This document shows positions 35,805 to 50,700 of a stretch of 64,000 nt of DNA, piece by piece; positions within the stretch are counted from its first letter, which is position 1, and the number at the start of each line of letters is the position of its first letter. The stretch lies in contig NC_134030.1 of assembly GCF_964204645.1 (NCBI RefSeq), positions 4,134,778 to 4,198,777 on the forward strand, given 5' to 3'. This DNA comes from Tubulanus polymorphus (lineage: Eukaryota; Animalia; Nemertea). The notes beneath the pieces are model-generated. The model was given only the letters and a program-made list of their open reading frames with translations, searched no databases and had not been told where the DNA came from. The position numbers were made by a program, and so were the translations under genes.

Positions 35805-36007
35805 CTGAAAACATAGAACAGACCATAAGATTCTAAGATTCAATTGCCACCGTTTTTACAGGGGTTCATATCAGTTTTGTAGGTAGCCTAATTGTCCTAA
35901 ATGTAAAAACGCTCCGACTTATGATACACGCTTTATAATTTGTGATTTGTAAAGTAGTTAACCGGGTGTAAAATAAATACATATAAATAGATATCATAGA
36001 CACCGAT

Positions 36008-36110
36008 AGTTAGTTACCTAATCGTTGGTGGTAAGCTTTTTATAATCGGATGGGCTTATACCAACTGTGGTTTGTGAAAATATCCGATCGTGAAACTAAA
36101 CCACAGTCAG
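36008..36110 (+). repeat. Dispersed repeat, copy 1
   Basis: tagttagttacctaatcgttggtggtaagctttttataatcggatgggcttataccaac...gtgaaactaaaccacag is nearly identical to 55635-55725. Confidence 0.8.
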
Positions 36111-39100
36111 GTTACTGACTAATAAGACACCGGATTAACAGATTTTCGTTTTTAAAGAACCAACAACTCTGATACAAGCCCCAGTGGATGTGATCGTTTT
36201 TGTTGTTCTGTCGTGATGGAAAATGAATTGATTTGAATTGACATTTTGTTTAAAAATTTTTCTCATCACTCGAATCGAAATGAAATCACTCTTTTACGCT
36301 ACGGAAATATATTTACCCATATCCTTTTTATCGTCTTTTTTCTTGCCGAAAAGAGGCATCTCGTTTTATCTTATAACCAAGCGAGCGATAGTTCTAACGA
36401 ACGAACGTTTGGGCTTTATTTATTCCTATTTACGTCAAATGACATATGCGTCATACCACGGCATCATCGACCTGTGACGATTAGATGTCAAAATGACTCA
36501 TGGATCGGACGTTAAGGCCGGCTCATTGTCCGATCCGGTGCGGTGATAGCGGGCCGGTCGTCACAACCAATTACGTTTCAAAAGTTTTTAACAAGAGATT
36601 TTTCGTCATTCAGGGATATTTTGTCCTATTTCCTTCGACTCATTTTTGATTCAACACAGACCGTGTCGCTGTCAACGATGCGCCGGCGGGCGGCGGCGGC
36701 CCGGCGCCCTGACCTTCCCCGTGTGTCTCAATTGTTTAAAAACATTTACAGACGTTGAGTCCATAATGTAATTCACTTATCGAATTTCTAGTGATTTAAT
36801 TTATTGAATGTTTCGATACATAGTCTCTAGCCTTCTGGGCACCTTCACGGCCCGGGAAACTGTCAGGGCACTAGAATTTCCGGCGTCACACTTCAAATAA
36901 TCAGCAAATGCCGTGCGTTCACCTACATGGCGAATCATAATGCAATTCGATTTGTTGCGGTATTCAATTACCTAGTTCACGTTAAAATAGAAGTAATTTT
37001 TGTGGCACGCGCGCGCGCGTAGCGACCGAGTTTCAGTTCCGAAACCGGACCTCAAGTAACCGGAGTGACTTCGCGTGATTGGCAATATTTCAAAAGGAAC
37101 GCCATAATTGAGTCTCTTGTCTTCGAATTTGCGTATCGTGGAAGGACGCGCATCCAAAAAGCTGGTGATTCTGACATTTCAATAGAACATCTATTATCAA
37201 TAAGATTTACATTGATAAGTACCAACACGGAAACGTCTTGCATGCGTTGAGATTCATAATTCGATCACGACTTTTCAGCTTCTTGTCTCAGTGTTAATCC
37301 GCATGCGCGCTGTCTCAAATACCAGTTCTCTTTGTTGGTGTAACTTTGATTCCGTGTTTGAAATCTCTGGTTCTGTCAATCTATCACGCAACGGTTTGAA
37401 CGACACAACCTAGAATGAGCTCTATCTTAGGAAAATATGTTGAATTTCAGTTTAGAAATGAATGTTCATTTTATTTGTTGAATTTGTTGAATTCACGATT
37501 GTTTTAAACAGAAAATCTGAAAAAATGGATGGAATTATTATTGGAATATTCTAACATGTAATCCAATTTCTAATTTCAATCTACACATGTTTGGAATAAC
37601 TACTCGGCAATGAGTGTTCTCGTTGAGTCTAGCTGATGTCATAGGTCACCCGTGACACGGGGAAAAATCTGAATGCCCCGAATTGTTGAATCTTCATTTG
37701 GAAATTGATCCCTAAGAGGAAGTTCGAGGTAATCTTTAAAAGCGCTCGTTTCCTCCATCAAAAACCTCGATTGTATAAGGAGGAAACACCGCGTGTTTGC
37801 ACCTGAGCTTCAACTACTTTATCGAATCGTCTCAATGGGAGGCAAGCGCATCAAAAAATGCTTTTCAAATCTGGCCCGATGCTATAAATTGTGACTTTTC
37901 TGTTATCAGAACCAGTTTGATAACGAATACTCTCCAAATATCCGACTGAAAAGGAAACATTGTCGACAAGCGACGACGCCCAACCCGAGGTCACGTGGCG
38001 CCTTGTCAACGTGTCGTAAGGTCGCTCTCAAAAACCTCACACATTCTACATTACAGACACGCGCATCTGACACTAAAAGCCCTATAGTCATAATACTGAC
38101 TTTATCCCATGCATTTACTACAATGATAAGGGCAATCAATTGAAAAATGCTATATCGTTTGAGCAAAATACACACTTTGTAATTGTTTTGTTTTGTTTTT
38201 TTTTTAAATCTCAATGAATAGAGCAAGGAGCCCTTGGTTTCTTTAGAGCAATCAAGGTCTCAGTGGGAGAGATTAGATAAGATCTCGTGCGATCTTCTCT
38301 TGAAAGCAACGATATTCGGATACGAGCAACAATGACAAAACAACTGTAGAAATAGGGTCACTTTCATAGCGCTGATTAAAACGCGACGGTTGGTCGTAGA
38401 AAAGCTCGCTGTCTTGGAAAATTAAGCTAACATCTTTATGTTTAGAGCGATGAGAATAATGAGGTATGTCAATCAGCTAAACGAACGATTCACTGAATGA
38501 TTTAAGTAATCACCTAAAACATCATACTGCAAATAGATATACAGCCCAATATTCTAAAATACGCATGACTTATATTTCTGAATCCTGAATTGTTAAGAAT
38601 CGCGTGGCTACATACACACCGTGTGGCTACTACACACCCTTGTCAAAAGCAGTGTTTCTACCAAAAGTATCCTGAAAGTATTGGTTGATTGGGAGCGAGC
38701 GGGAGTATACTTTCCGAACAACCTTCGAGACAAAGCAATCTTTCAAAATATGATTTAGTGGTTCGTTGTTCCAAAATCCCTCATTACAAATATAATGGTA
38801 TCATGGTGTAATAAACACAGGCACGTAATCACGAAGATTCGTACTCTTATTCTTAAAAAAGGGAGATTTTCTTCAAAAGGCTATACAACAAGAACGGCTC
38901 CAAGGACTCGAACCTTGGATCGTGCGCTTGGAAAACGCTACGGCAGAAAAGTTTGGATGCTTGTAATAATGAGCGTAGACCAGTATAGTGACGGACTGAT
39001 TGTTCTGATTGGTTCACTAAACACACGAGTTTCTCATCACGCACTAGTGAAGCCGTTAACAAATTAATAAAAATGTCTAATATCATTCACGCCCTTCTCT

Positions 39101-40546
39101 GTTTTGTTTTGAGACCTAAAGTTTCATATGTTTTTGAGCTGATACAATAAGTACCCAATCAAGTTAAAAACCACTTGCCTACTACAATAACTCTGTATCA
39201 ATTTCATAAGTATTCATATCCATTAAATAAGCTGCTTTAATCTAGATAATAGATGCGCCGCCGGTGGGCCGTGTTATCTACGCTTAATTATCAATAAGTT
39301 TACACTCGAATTCAATATAATGAATTCGTATTCTGGGCGGGGATTCGTGCAAGTAGCCAGGTGAACCGACCAATATTGTGCCGGAGGGGTTCGTTGCATC
39401 TAAAGGTGTGTATGTATTGCGCATTGTTTTATGCCGATGCGGGTTTTTGAATGTATTTTGATGACTGGTTTTTGTTTAAGACCGGCGCGTAGAATCACCC
39501 ACTGCGATGCTCTATAGACACTCGAAAATAAAGAACCGCGGGATGGCAATATTTTTACTACTGACGATCGAATTTTTTCCGACGCCAGAAAAAAATGCGA
39601 AACAAAACCAATAGCTCTTTCGGCATATACCAATACTGCACCTGATCTACGTGTTCTCGTTTATTGAACAATCGCACAATGATGACATTTCAATGTTCAT
39701 TTATCTGACAATTTCGAGATTTATCTGAATCCAATTTTCGGAGAAACAGTAAACTGAGGTATCATCAATGTGGGATTCATCACTGAAAATACGTCGTTTT
39801 ATTTAGAGGTGTCTCATTTATACAAGCAGTTTTCTTCTAACGAATCCCTACCACAGATATCGCAACTAATTACATCTATTTTATACTTTGTCACAATTTG
39901 GAAATGAATATTCTAATTCATTTATTCGTCCCGTGGTAGTTTGTTTTGAATATGTTGTTCTTGGAGGTCATGTTTTGATGAGGGCGGTCCATGACCCTTC
40001 CAGGTGTAGCAATTAGTTGAGAGGAGAAATAGAAAAAGTACTTGAATTAAGTATAATCGAATGTTTAATTTATTAGATCATAATTTATTCAATATTTACA
40101 CATAAATAGTAAAATAAGATATTACACGTACCGGTACATACGTTAGGATATACACATATTTCCTTTAACGGTGGGGAATTTATCAATTAAATGAAATTCA
40201 CGAATAACACACGGAGTATTAGTTTTCTTTTTAAACCACAGGTGAAATATTCACTTTTAATCCCTCAAACCGCTGCTGAGCGCCAACCAACCATCATCGA
40301 ATCACTACGAACAGGTTCAAGGTTACGCTGAAATCTCTGTCTAGTCGCAATAATGTTTGTGAATATATTATCTAATATTTCTTCTATTCAACACAGCTCA
40401 GAGAGATTCAAGAAGATTTTCAACTTCTGTCACTCGTTTCTCTTTATTTTCGTGCATCATTTAATTTTCACGTAATACATATAATACGTCCATAGCACCA
40501 TAGAACCGTAAATAAGATGATAAACGCAGAGTTTTTAGTTTAAATC

Positions 40547-40900
40547 TTAATCTAATTCTAACACGTGATTTAGATACGATATATAACAAATAGCTAATCG
40601 TAATATTTCGATTTTCGATAGTTTTTTATCAGGAGGTAAGGTCGGTAGCAGTTTACGTAGTTCGGTGAACGCGACATTGAACGCTTCGACCCGTATGCGC
40701 TCGCGGGTAGCGTGCGCCGTGCGATATTTTTGGGTTGCCCTGCGCCTGCGTCGGCGTTCCTCGCGGGTCAAGTTTTGGTTTTCCTGGTTACAACGTCTGC
40801 CGTTGCGATTCGCGGTTCCGGTGATCGTTGGACAGTTGGGGTCCTCTTTATAGTCATCGTCGACCTCCATATCACCTTGAGATAACACGTGTTCGATCAT
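40547..40900 (-). CDS. NHLH1: NSCL/NHLH (HEN1/2, HLH4C/hlh-15 class) bHLH transcription factor, 117 aa
   Basis: [69 protein letters not shown] is nearly identical to the NHLH1/2 bHLH; likely co-orthologue of both. Splice acceptor near 40933 implies upstream non-coding exon(s). Confidence 0.95.
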   Translation of the reverse strand: MIEHVLSQGDMEVDDDYKEDPNCPTITGTANRNGRRCNQENQNLTREERRRRRRATQKYRTAHATRERIRVEAFNVAFTELRKLLPTLPPDKKLSKIEILRLAICYISYLNHVLELD

Positions 40901-41710
40901 TTCATTACCCCTCCGAAATAAAAAACAGCTTCCTGAAAATACAATGAAAGTTAAGTAGTTATAGTAGTACTAGCAGTTCGGCGCATGCGCTTTCAACCTC
41001 ATTGTACTCTTCTTGTCTTTGGTCGTTAGACCTTTACAATGTGTACATTATTTGAAATACATAACTTTTGATTTAGTTTAAAACCTTCGATAATTAGTAA
41101 TGTAATCATAAAATAATTCGACAAATATTGATCTCAGCACTAATTACTGGCCCCAGCTCCGTCGTTTTTCGGGTTAAAATTGGATTCAAATCAAAAAGAA
41201 AACTTTGGAACCGTTTTCCGTTTTATTTTGCTATGATAGTGATGTACACATACATATGCAAATCAGATTTATAAATGTCGGCTATGTCATTAGTGAAACC
41301 ACATTTTAGCACGCAATTCTCAAAACTGAATTTAAACCGTCGAATATTCTGCGACGTTGTTAGTTCAATGGGGATTTTATGACCAATTTGTGCGACGAGT
41401 ATTCCCTCAAAGTAATGGGATTGCAATTGGGTGTCGGAAACTGTAAATTCAATTAGGCGATTGGAAGGTTTACCTACTAAAATTCCCCTATCGATCGAAC
41501 TAATTAGTTAATTCTACAGCTAATTAAATCCAATTATGCTTATATGACATTAGAACATGCGATATACTGAAATGAATCGGGTCTATTTTGCATGAAACAA
41601 AGTTAAAATAGTAGACGCATTCGTTTTATGGAATACGTTTAACTTTAGAAATCCGAGAAATTGATTTCATACATAAACGTCACTGATTCAAAAATAACTT
41701 TTCTAAAATT

Positions 41711-41783
41711 AGGTTCCATCGGGTTTCGAACCCGAGACCTTCTGCGTGTTAAGCAGATGTGATAACCACTACACCATGGAACC
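41711..41783 (-). tRNA. tRNA-Val(AAC)
   Basis: GGTTCCA TG GTGTAGTGGTTATCAC A TCTGC TTAACAC GCAGA AGGTC TCGGG TTCGAAA CCCGA TGGAACC T; acceptor, anticodon and T stems pair fully; T-runs downstream suit a Pol III terminator. Confidence 0.92.
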
Positions 41784-44700
41784 GATATGTCCAAGACATT
41801 TTGCCTTGAATATAGATCGTCAAATGAGAGACCAATGTTCGGATAACGCTGGCCTTTTTGACTGCGTTTAAATCATTCGCCTTTTGACGTTATTTGTCAA
41901 GTCCTTCTCCACCGGGAGTGCAGTAAGCTAACTTAAAAGCTAATGAGACAGGCTTGGACAGAAAAAAAAACCTCAATCTCTGAAACCTCAATCTCAGAAA
42001 CCTCAATCCCTGGTGTAACCCTTCACAAATCATAATCAGGATATTGTGAGTTGTGTTGATTTTCATATCAGTTGCATCGTCAATCATATTCTGCATTAGC
42101 TTTATTCATTTATAAGCGTAACTTAATGAATTCTTCTGAAGAACTTTCTCATGAGCAGAATATAGAAACCAATTTGTAAAATGATCCTCTTCATTACCGG
42201 ATAGGTGATGTATACACGTATTGCGCTATATCATAGTTAAAATTAGTTTCAACGACGAATTAAAAGTTAATTTGGGTGTGACTTAAGTAATCAATATGTA
42301 CAGAGTGCAATGTATTTGCCAGTAGCTGTAAAATCTTCGACAGCTAAACGATTGAGAATCAACCCTTTTAATCTCGTCGTTTATCCTAAAATCCTTTGTT
42401 AATGTTCTGTTAGACGAATTTTAACGAGGCACAAAAACAGAAGACGCCGTGACGTCGACAGCTTCGTTTGACGGGCGCGAAAAACAACCTGCATCAATTA
42501 AAACTGATCCCTTTATCCGGTTCAGGATTTTCGCGTCTTTTCGACGACTTTGCCGACGAAAACTCAGTGAAGTCGCCAGAGACGCAGATGGCCTCTCGGA
42601 AACACTAATTAGGTTCGGCTCGAAACTGCATTACAGAACGAAAAATACTTGCACAATATGACGCTCGTAAAAGCGCTGTGAAAGTCATTACTTCGCTCAT
42701 CTTTCGTTAGTCACGTGATCGCGCGATCAACGTTCACACCTGCGACCTCAGGTAAACTTTGGGGACGACTTAAAGAGGTAATTTTCAGACAGTTCATTAA
42801 TCAGACATATACCACCATCGGTATTGCTGTTGGGATAATTTGTAGAACTGATATTATCAGGGGGCCTCGCGTTTGAAACTTTCGTCGAAAATTAACATCC
42901 ACTGATGAGAGAGACTTTGCTCGATTCTGAAGCGTTAGGAACCAAGAATTGTTCCTTCTAAACAGATGGCATCTTGATAATAAATTCTGATATCTTCATT
43001 ACTCAAATCTCTTCGGATTCAGTCTAATGCACGCGCGCCCGCCAAAAAGCCTTCCGGTCGTCTCAATAAGAGGCCATATTGTTGACACGTGTCCGCGGTA
43101 ATTTACATATTTTGTCGTGCGACTAGCGCGTCATAATCCGTGTCCGTTGCGAACCGTGTCATCCTCGCGCATGTCGCCGGAAAATAACAATGCAGTATAA
43201 ATTCAACCATAAAACGACAAGATTTGCCGTAAACCTCATTAAAGACGGTCTCTTCCGATAAGGAAGGAAATCGTATTGTCTATTTCGAGTACCCTCAACT
43301 TCCCATAAAAAATAGTGTTTTATTGTACGAACGCGTACACCTGTTATCGCCGTATTTCCTCCACATAGTTCCGTATTTATCATCTGGCGAAGAAGTGTCA
43401 ATTTTAAGCGAAATGCCAGATTCATCCGTCGCCACCGAAAACAGCAATGAAGTTTTTAAATATAAAATAGGGCAGTGCGCGCTCCGCGGCGACGTCGGTG
43501 CGCCAAAGGTCGAAGTGCGTCGTCGAGCACGAGGCCGAGATAAGAACAAAGCCGATTTGTAATTCTCGCGAGAATTGGCGTGAAATATGTAGAAGTAAAG
43601 CTACTTATTCTGGCGAATTTAACCGACTCTTTGATGAAACTCCAGAGCGTAAAACGACTTTATCTAGTCCATCGTGAATAACACGATTGTAAATTCATTA
43701 ACGAGTAGAAATGATGCTTTAGTATTTACGTACATATAGTGGCTTGCTGGCGATATCCATTCAATAATTCAAACATTCGCCCATCTTCAATTCATTTTAG
43801 TTTAAATTCAAATAAGAACCGAATATTGATTTATCCGAATTTTAGAAAAGTTTTATCTTCAGTTGTATTTAAACACAATTTTTCTACGTGTGTCATAGCT
43901 GTAACGCGATGACGATGCAGTCGGTCTATTAGAAGTGGCCCGCGCGATGTTCCCCACGATGCAGTACCAAACAGAATTAGCTAGAAGTGTCGATGGTCTT
44001 GGTCATTTCTCGCGTGTTGGTGCTGCGAGAATCGATAGGACAAATTAACCCCTGTCACGGGTAATTGAATCAGGCTGGCAATATGATTACGTTAAGCATG
44101 ATTCAATCAGCTCATTGCGCGACTGCCGAATAAACGTAGTCATTGTGCAAAAGCGGTGACAACGTCACGGTCGTTAATTCGACGGCTATTGATGTATATC
44201 TGCTTCTACAGCTCTTCGTGTGGTGAACCAGTTTCACATCGCGTTGTTATTTACATGAGGGAAAGAGAGAGAAAAAATGAGTAACGCTCTCGGAAGAAGT
44301 AGCGATTTCTATAAATGATTTCAGGATTTGATAGGTCAATCGACTTAAGAAATTCGGATGAAGAGTATGTTTTTGTTTTCACTGTAACAAGGGAATAATT
44401 CACATTTCTTTATAAAAAATGAAAGAAATTTTCCGAAAAATTTTGAGGACACTTAAAAAAATTAGGGGGGCTCGTGCCTCTGGTCCCCTCGGATCCACCC
44501 TTGCTTCTATGTAAGATACTCATCCCAAACACAACTAATCGCTGCCGTCTTTCTCAGAATAATTCGACTAAATATTCCGGGCCATTTTGACACAGCACAA
44601 AGTAACCGTAACCGTAGCGGATGAAGCCCCGAGAGAGAAACCAAGAAACCAAGAGATCAAGATTCTAATACGGTTTGAACAGCTAAACGGACTCATTTTC

Positions 44701-47700
44701 TTCGGCAAACAATAGCACTAGTCGATAAAGTCGTTAGCAGATGCGACAGAGAGGAAGAGAATAGTGGTTAATTGATGCGGCCGGGGGACGTTGCTGTTTG
44801 TGAATGTGAAAAAATTAATCGCGATACACGGATTCGCTATCGTCTGTGTTGACACGAGAAATGTCGCCGATTAAACGTACGATTATCGTTTATCTCTCGC
44901 CTGTTTGTTCAACCGACGCACGATTAAACTTAAGATATTCAACATCACGCGTTTAGTTCTCGACTCGTAGCTCTGTAAAAGTAACCGAGTACATTGATAT
45001 TTCGATGTGACTTTTTCCGAATAGATACGCGTATATTTGAAAACACGAATGCCCGTCGTAAATGATCGTCCTTAAAACTTGCATTAAATATTCACGAGAA
45101 TACATATATCTCGAATGAACTGCCCCCTGGTGAAATATTTCTATACGCGCGTCCCCTGGTGGCAATAGGCCGACGGCGGGACGAAGTTGGAAACAATGTC
45201 GGAGTAGAACTAGTCGGCGTCCGTCCACCTGTGTTAGCGCCTCGGGGCGAATCCATCATTGACGCGCTTACCGCTGGAGCTCTTCAGAATGAGAGCCGTC
45301 GAGAGACTGTTGTATTTATTACTGATTTCGGTCCACGGGGGAAAATTGATAGGTAAATGCATATAAAAGTGAACGGAAATGTAGCAATCCGTGGACCAAA
45401 AAGTGTTCACGCGAGAGCAATAAAAACTCGATGTCGTTGTTGTTATTGTAGCCGATGGTCATATAGAGAGTCTAGCGGATTTATAGGTGTTGGAATCTGA
45501 GCATATTACAGCTGTTCGCGCTGACTGTGCTCGCGTTTGCTACAAAAATCGTGCGCTCGCTATTAACAATAAATCAGAAATAATGATCTACTAATACGCG
45601 CAAAGAATTCTCGGGGAATGTTTTATTTGCAAAGGTGCTGCGTAAGTAATCTACATCGAAACGACGCATCGGAAACTATGAAAGTTCACGAGCGCGTTCA
45701 CTCTATACTCATTGATCTACTGGCAAATTTACTCTCTTGAAATCAAATAAACCAACGCGTCAACGCGATTTCAACTTATTTATACCGTAGATTTCTGCAC
45801 AATTTGTGGCGATTGATTTTCGTTCTGTCGACAGTGTAAGATAATGAGAAACCTTTCTTCATCAAAACGCGTTCCTTCATTTTTGCCATCGTCGAATAGT
45901 GTACGTCATTTTATCGCTAAAAAGCGTCCTTGATGAAGCTCGGATCAGTTTTACTCGCATTCCTTTTTCGAAAATTGTGAAAAATTCCCTCGGAATTTCG
46001 GTGGGGACTGTTTGCGATGTATAGAGGAAGGAAAGATGTCAAAATCCAGAAATGAATGAGTAATTAAAAGGCTCGCTTATGATAATTTGTTCAATTTTCA
46101 ATATACTCAATAAGACAGTGAATTTTAAAATGTCAGTGCGCGCTTTATATAGGTTTGTCAAACATTTTGTCTTCTGGGTGGTTAAGTGTTCTACTAACTC
46201 AGGTCATTGAGAAAGAAGTAATTTGAAATTGTTTTTGAAACTCTTTCTGTGGTGAGTAGGAGACGGAGTTATAAATCAAACAGTCATTTCCCTCCGTCAT
46301 CCTTTGTAGAATAACAATCTCGCGATGTCTTTCTGAAAATTAGTTTGCGTGTCATAATGACATTTTGCAGTCAACGCATCGAGTTGGACACGGAGGACCT
46401 ATAAAACAACGTTAAACCACACGATGACGAACGACATTAGCGTTAGAAAATATAGAAGTACGTGTGAAAATTCATCTATAGCTCATTAGTGACTATAATT
46501 CTCAGTGAATTAAATTCGTCATTCGAACTAATATACCGCACGGCCAGCATTGTTACACACCTAATAGGGGATGATTCCCGTCCGGGTACCCACAATCCAT
46601 GAAATTACAAGTTTTATGAGAATAAACTTTTTTTTCTAGCTTTTGCTCTAAACCGAGATATCTCGATCACGTTCAAGCCAATTGGCGATGCGTAATGCAT
46701 ACACACATCTCCGTAATGAAGAAACTTCGAAGAAAATTGCGATTACAAATTTTCACCAACAGAAGAAAGTGACGGAATCAAATTTACTGGCAATCTGCGT
46801 TGAGCCACTGTGGGGTATTGTCCACTGAGAGGATCATTGATCAACGGGAAATAAGTCATAGATGGCTCACGTTGTCAGCTTATAATGACTTACTTATTCG
46901 ATCGACTTAAGAACTACCTGGCGATGAGCCGGCAAATCTATTATTACATTTTTGCTTTAAAGCACGCTAGCCAGTCAATCTAGTACTTGAGAAGTAAACT
47001 TATAAATTATGTCATTTCAATTTTGACAAAATGTTGTCTATGGTAGGTATCTTGTGGATTCATCTTTTCATACAATATTTTTACGTACGAGCTTCATCGA
47101 AAACCTCCATAGAAAATTGATTCCAAATTGATACAAGAGCATTTCCATTTCGGTTCGCCAGATATTGTCTTACATCACATTGAAATGTTCAGTTAATACG
47201 GGCAACACCTTCAGAACAATCGACTCCCAAGCGACGAATGTGGAAATTGAATTCAGACGCTATGTAACGGGTATATCGTGGGCAAAATTTCCCAACGGTG
47301 AACGGTGTGTCGCGAAACCTTGTTGTCAAATTCGTGGATTGCTTTCGAAATTAATTTGTATTTATGTTCGAAGATGATTTTGAGTATTTTTGCAATTTCC
47401 GCAACAAAATTGCATTCGGGAAAGTGCTACGTTAAAAGAAGAGCGAAGTCTTAATACGTTGATATCCGAAAAAGATCTTCGAATAAACGGTAAATTGAAA
47501 AATTATTTTTGATAAAAACTAAAATACAAAAAGGTTTGCTGCAAATTTATCACAACGCATGACACATCTCATTACAGTACTAAGCTTAGTAATTCTTATG
47601 TAAAATCAGCTGATCTATTCTTACCTGGTATTTTGTTACTGGTGACGTTTCCCTTTGTGATTCAGCGTGAAACTATACGAGATCAAGTTCTACGTCGAGT

Positions 47701-50700
47701 TTAGAGCATTTAGCAGTTGTAGCCGACTAATCTACCGGCCACATGTCCGTACAATTTGTCGTCTTGGGTTGAAATGAAGAGAAGAACGCTTGTACGCAGC
47801 TCTCAATTACCGTACCAATCTAATTTGCAGCTTGTCGTCCGTCTTCGGGGAATATTCGTCAATTCGGCACAACCTGCGCGTGAATTTCTCTTTTTAGCGC
47901 GCGCTATTCGGTGTGGCCTGCGCGTGTGTGTTCGTGTTGTCAAAATTCGTCTGCGCCGGTGTTTATATAAATATTTCAAACGCGACAAAGACGCTGCGTG
48001 TAGTTTTTATTCGCCTCCTAAATGCTTCGTTATTATCATCGTCATAATCTGATCTGGTGGGAGGCTTCAATTATTAATGTTCGGTGCTCATTGGTTGCCG
48101 AGCGCTGGCGAACAATGACGAATTTCGTTCGGTCGTTCGTCGAACCTGCTCTAGGAGGCTGGATTCCTGTAATATACACCTGTAAACGCGAGGCTAATGA
48201 AGTAGCGTTTGTCTTCGTATTACTGTCGGCAAATACATTGTCAACCGCTCGAAACACGAGACTTCTAATAGCGATGATGGTGGTGGTACATTATTGACGA
48301 TCTATAATAATAAACGAAACAAAACGATCCAACATCAAAAAACACAATGATAAAACACTATACTTTTGTCGTCGGACGCTCACAATAATTTGATTACGTT
48401 CAAAAACCGCGCAGTACAATAGTTTATAAAATATTTAGCACCTGAGCTCGTTTTAGGTATTCTATATGGGGAACAAAAAAGAACCACTAGATTTACTGAA
48501 GATAAGCTAAGTTGAGAAGTTTCAAATAGGACTGCAAAGCATTACCAGATTAACTGGAGATAAAGCCACGAAATTGCATGGTGCTTTTCCACAATTTCGA
48601 TATTTCAGCTCGAGGCGATAAGAATTATTTGATAATGAAAAGTTCGATTCATTAAAAATGTTGCAAATATATTCTTACCTCCGCAACTAGTTGCATACTA
48701 CAAGCATTATCATCCCGCGGTCGGAAGAGGCATTGCCTTTACCGGAGTTGGCCGCACCTGTTCCGACCGAGCCAGAAAGAAACAAGTGAACTGGAAGAAT
48801 TTAAGTATTCATTGTCGCAAACGCTCGCTCGTCCGATGCCGGAGGCAGTAACGGACGTTTGAGATGAGTCTAATTACGAGACCTCATGTTTCTCGCACCG
48901 CGCACGCACCAATTATTGCAAACAACGTTTGATTGTGGTACTTAGGACACTTCCGCGCACCTATAATTTTCATTCGACCTGACCGTGCGCACGAGCTGGG
49001 TTATCGCGCCCTGTTTGTGTTGGACTACACAGTTAAGAACTAATTAGTTCTCATTTCTTACATCGTTATTATTTACGCGTTACTATCAATGTTTGGGATT
49101 CGAATTTCTGCAGTTAAACATTGAGGTTCTGCCCATAGAAACGTTCGATATTCCTTGAGATGAAACCGTTAACAGAAACGACTTTTTCAAGAAAATCTCA
49201 AATCAGTCAAATAAAGAGATACCACCAACTGAAGTGGGTGTTAGAATATTTATAATTAATCTTTGCGCGAATTTTATTGAAATGACAATAGAATTGAAGT
49301 TGAATAAAGCACGTCTTGCTAATTATCGGAATTGAATATGTTTAATTTTTAAACACGTGCACTATGTTTGCGTTTTCCTGCTGATTTAATTATCTAGTGT
49401 GGACCTGTAGCCCTTGAGCACACGCAGAGTTCCACAACGGTTTGTTCATTTTTATTTCAATCATTATAATAGTAACAATTTTGTTGTAAATTTCTGCTAC
49501 GTTGTCAATCGATGAGCCGAACGCTGCTGCTTGACTGTCTTCGTGTACGTTACCATTTCACGTATTTCATAAAGATAATTCGTTTTCGATCGAAAATCTG
49601 GTGGTGCCTTGCGAACCATAATCGTGTAACCGAAGTTGAGTTAAAATGAAATAAAATAAAACGTAAATCACAGTATTACAGTAGAATAGCCACTCTCTGA
49701 CGTGGAGAATAGATTAAGATCGAATTTTATTTATCAAAATTTAAATCTTTGATTTCAGTTTTTTTATTCTTTTGAAATCAAGTTTGAATAAAGTTCGCTT
49801 TTACAGTTCTCTTAATACACGCACTATCATAATTGAACTAGAATATTCATTAAACACAGAAAAAATCCCAGGTTGTAACTATCTCCATTCCTCAGTCTAA
49901 TCGTATATATATTTTCATAGTTTAGCTTAATCATAATAATTGTGTAATTTTACATTTTGTCGCAGATGTTAATATTGTGTTACTGTAACATGGATATTGT
50001 GTTTCAAGTGATCCATAAGTCAAATGAAGCCCACGAAACGTCTATGAAATTTTAGGAGTTTGTTCAATTTGTTTCATACGTTTTGCGAATTACCGATTCG
50101 ATCGACCAGTCTGTTTGATGTAGCAGGTGTGTGGCTAGAGAATAGAGAACTCGGACTCGACGGGTTGTCAGCCCCCGCCGCTGAGTGCAGAAGAACGGAC
50201 AATATTCTATGCTGGTTTTGATCAACGATCAACGATCGCGTATCAGAGGAGAATGATGTCATCGTGTCACTGAAATAAGATATCATCTGGAACACGACAC
50301 TGATTCAAAATATCCCTCTTAAATGAAGGTCTTTTAGATGCTAAGAAATACAAGTTGAAATAGAATTTGTTTCGTCCTACGAAACTAGTTTTGGCACTGC
50401 TGAGGAAAGTGGGCCGGACGCCATTCTTAACCCGGGGATAAAAGAAATGTTGCTATTATACCCGATTCATCGGACAACAAAGACCTGTAAAAATCTGAAT
50501 CGACAGTTAATGGGTTTTAAAGTCAGGGGCGATATCGAGTTAATGTATGGCTATTTGATCTTTTAATGAACACACGTGGCCGGCACACAAAATGCCTTAT
50601 AGCCCGTGAAACAAATCCAAACAATTGAAATGTAAGGTTTTTGTCAAAGTTGTGTATCTTCAATGTGAACAGCTCTTTCCATGTAAATGTCTTAGGTCCT

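Noticed and set aside
44440-44505. ggggggg...cccctcggatccaccc fragment
   Set aside because: Probably one end of a common MITE; the partner terminus was not found.
50074-50295. 73-aa minus-strand ORF with exon-like borders
   Set aside because: No homology and no linkable neighbouring coding exons.
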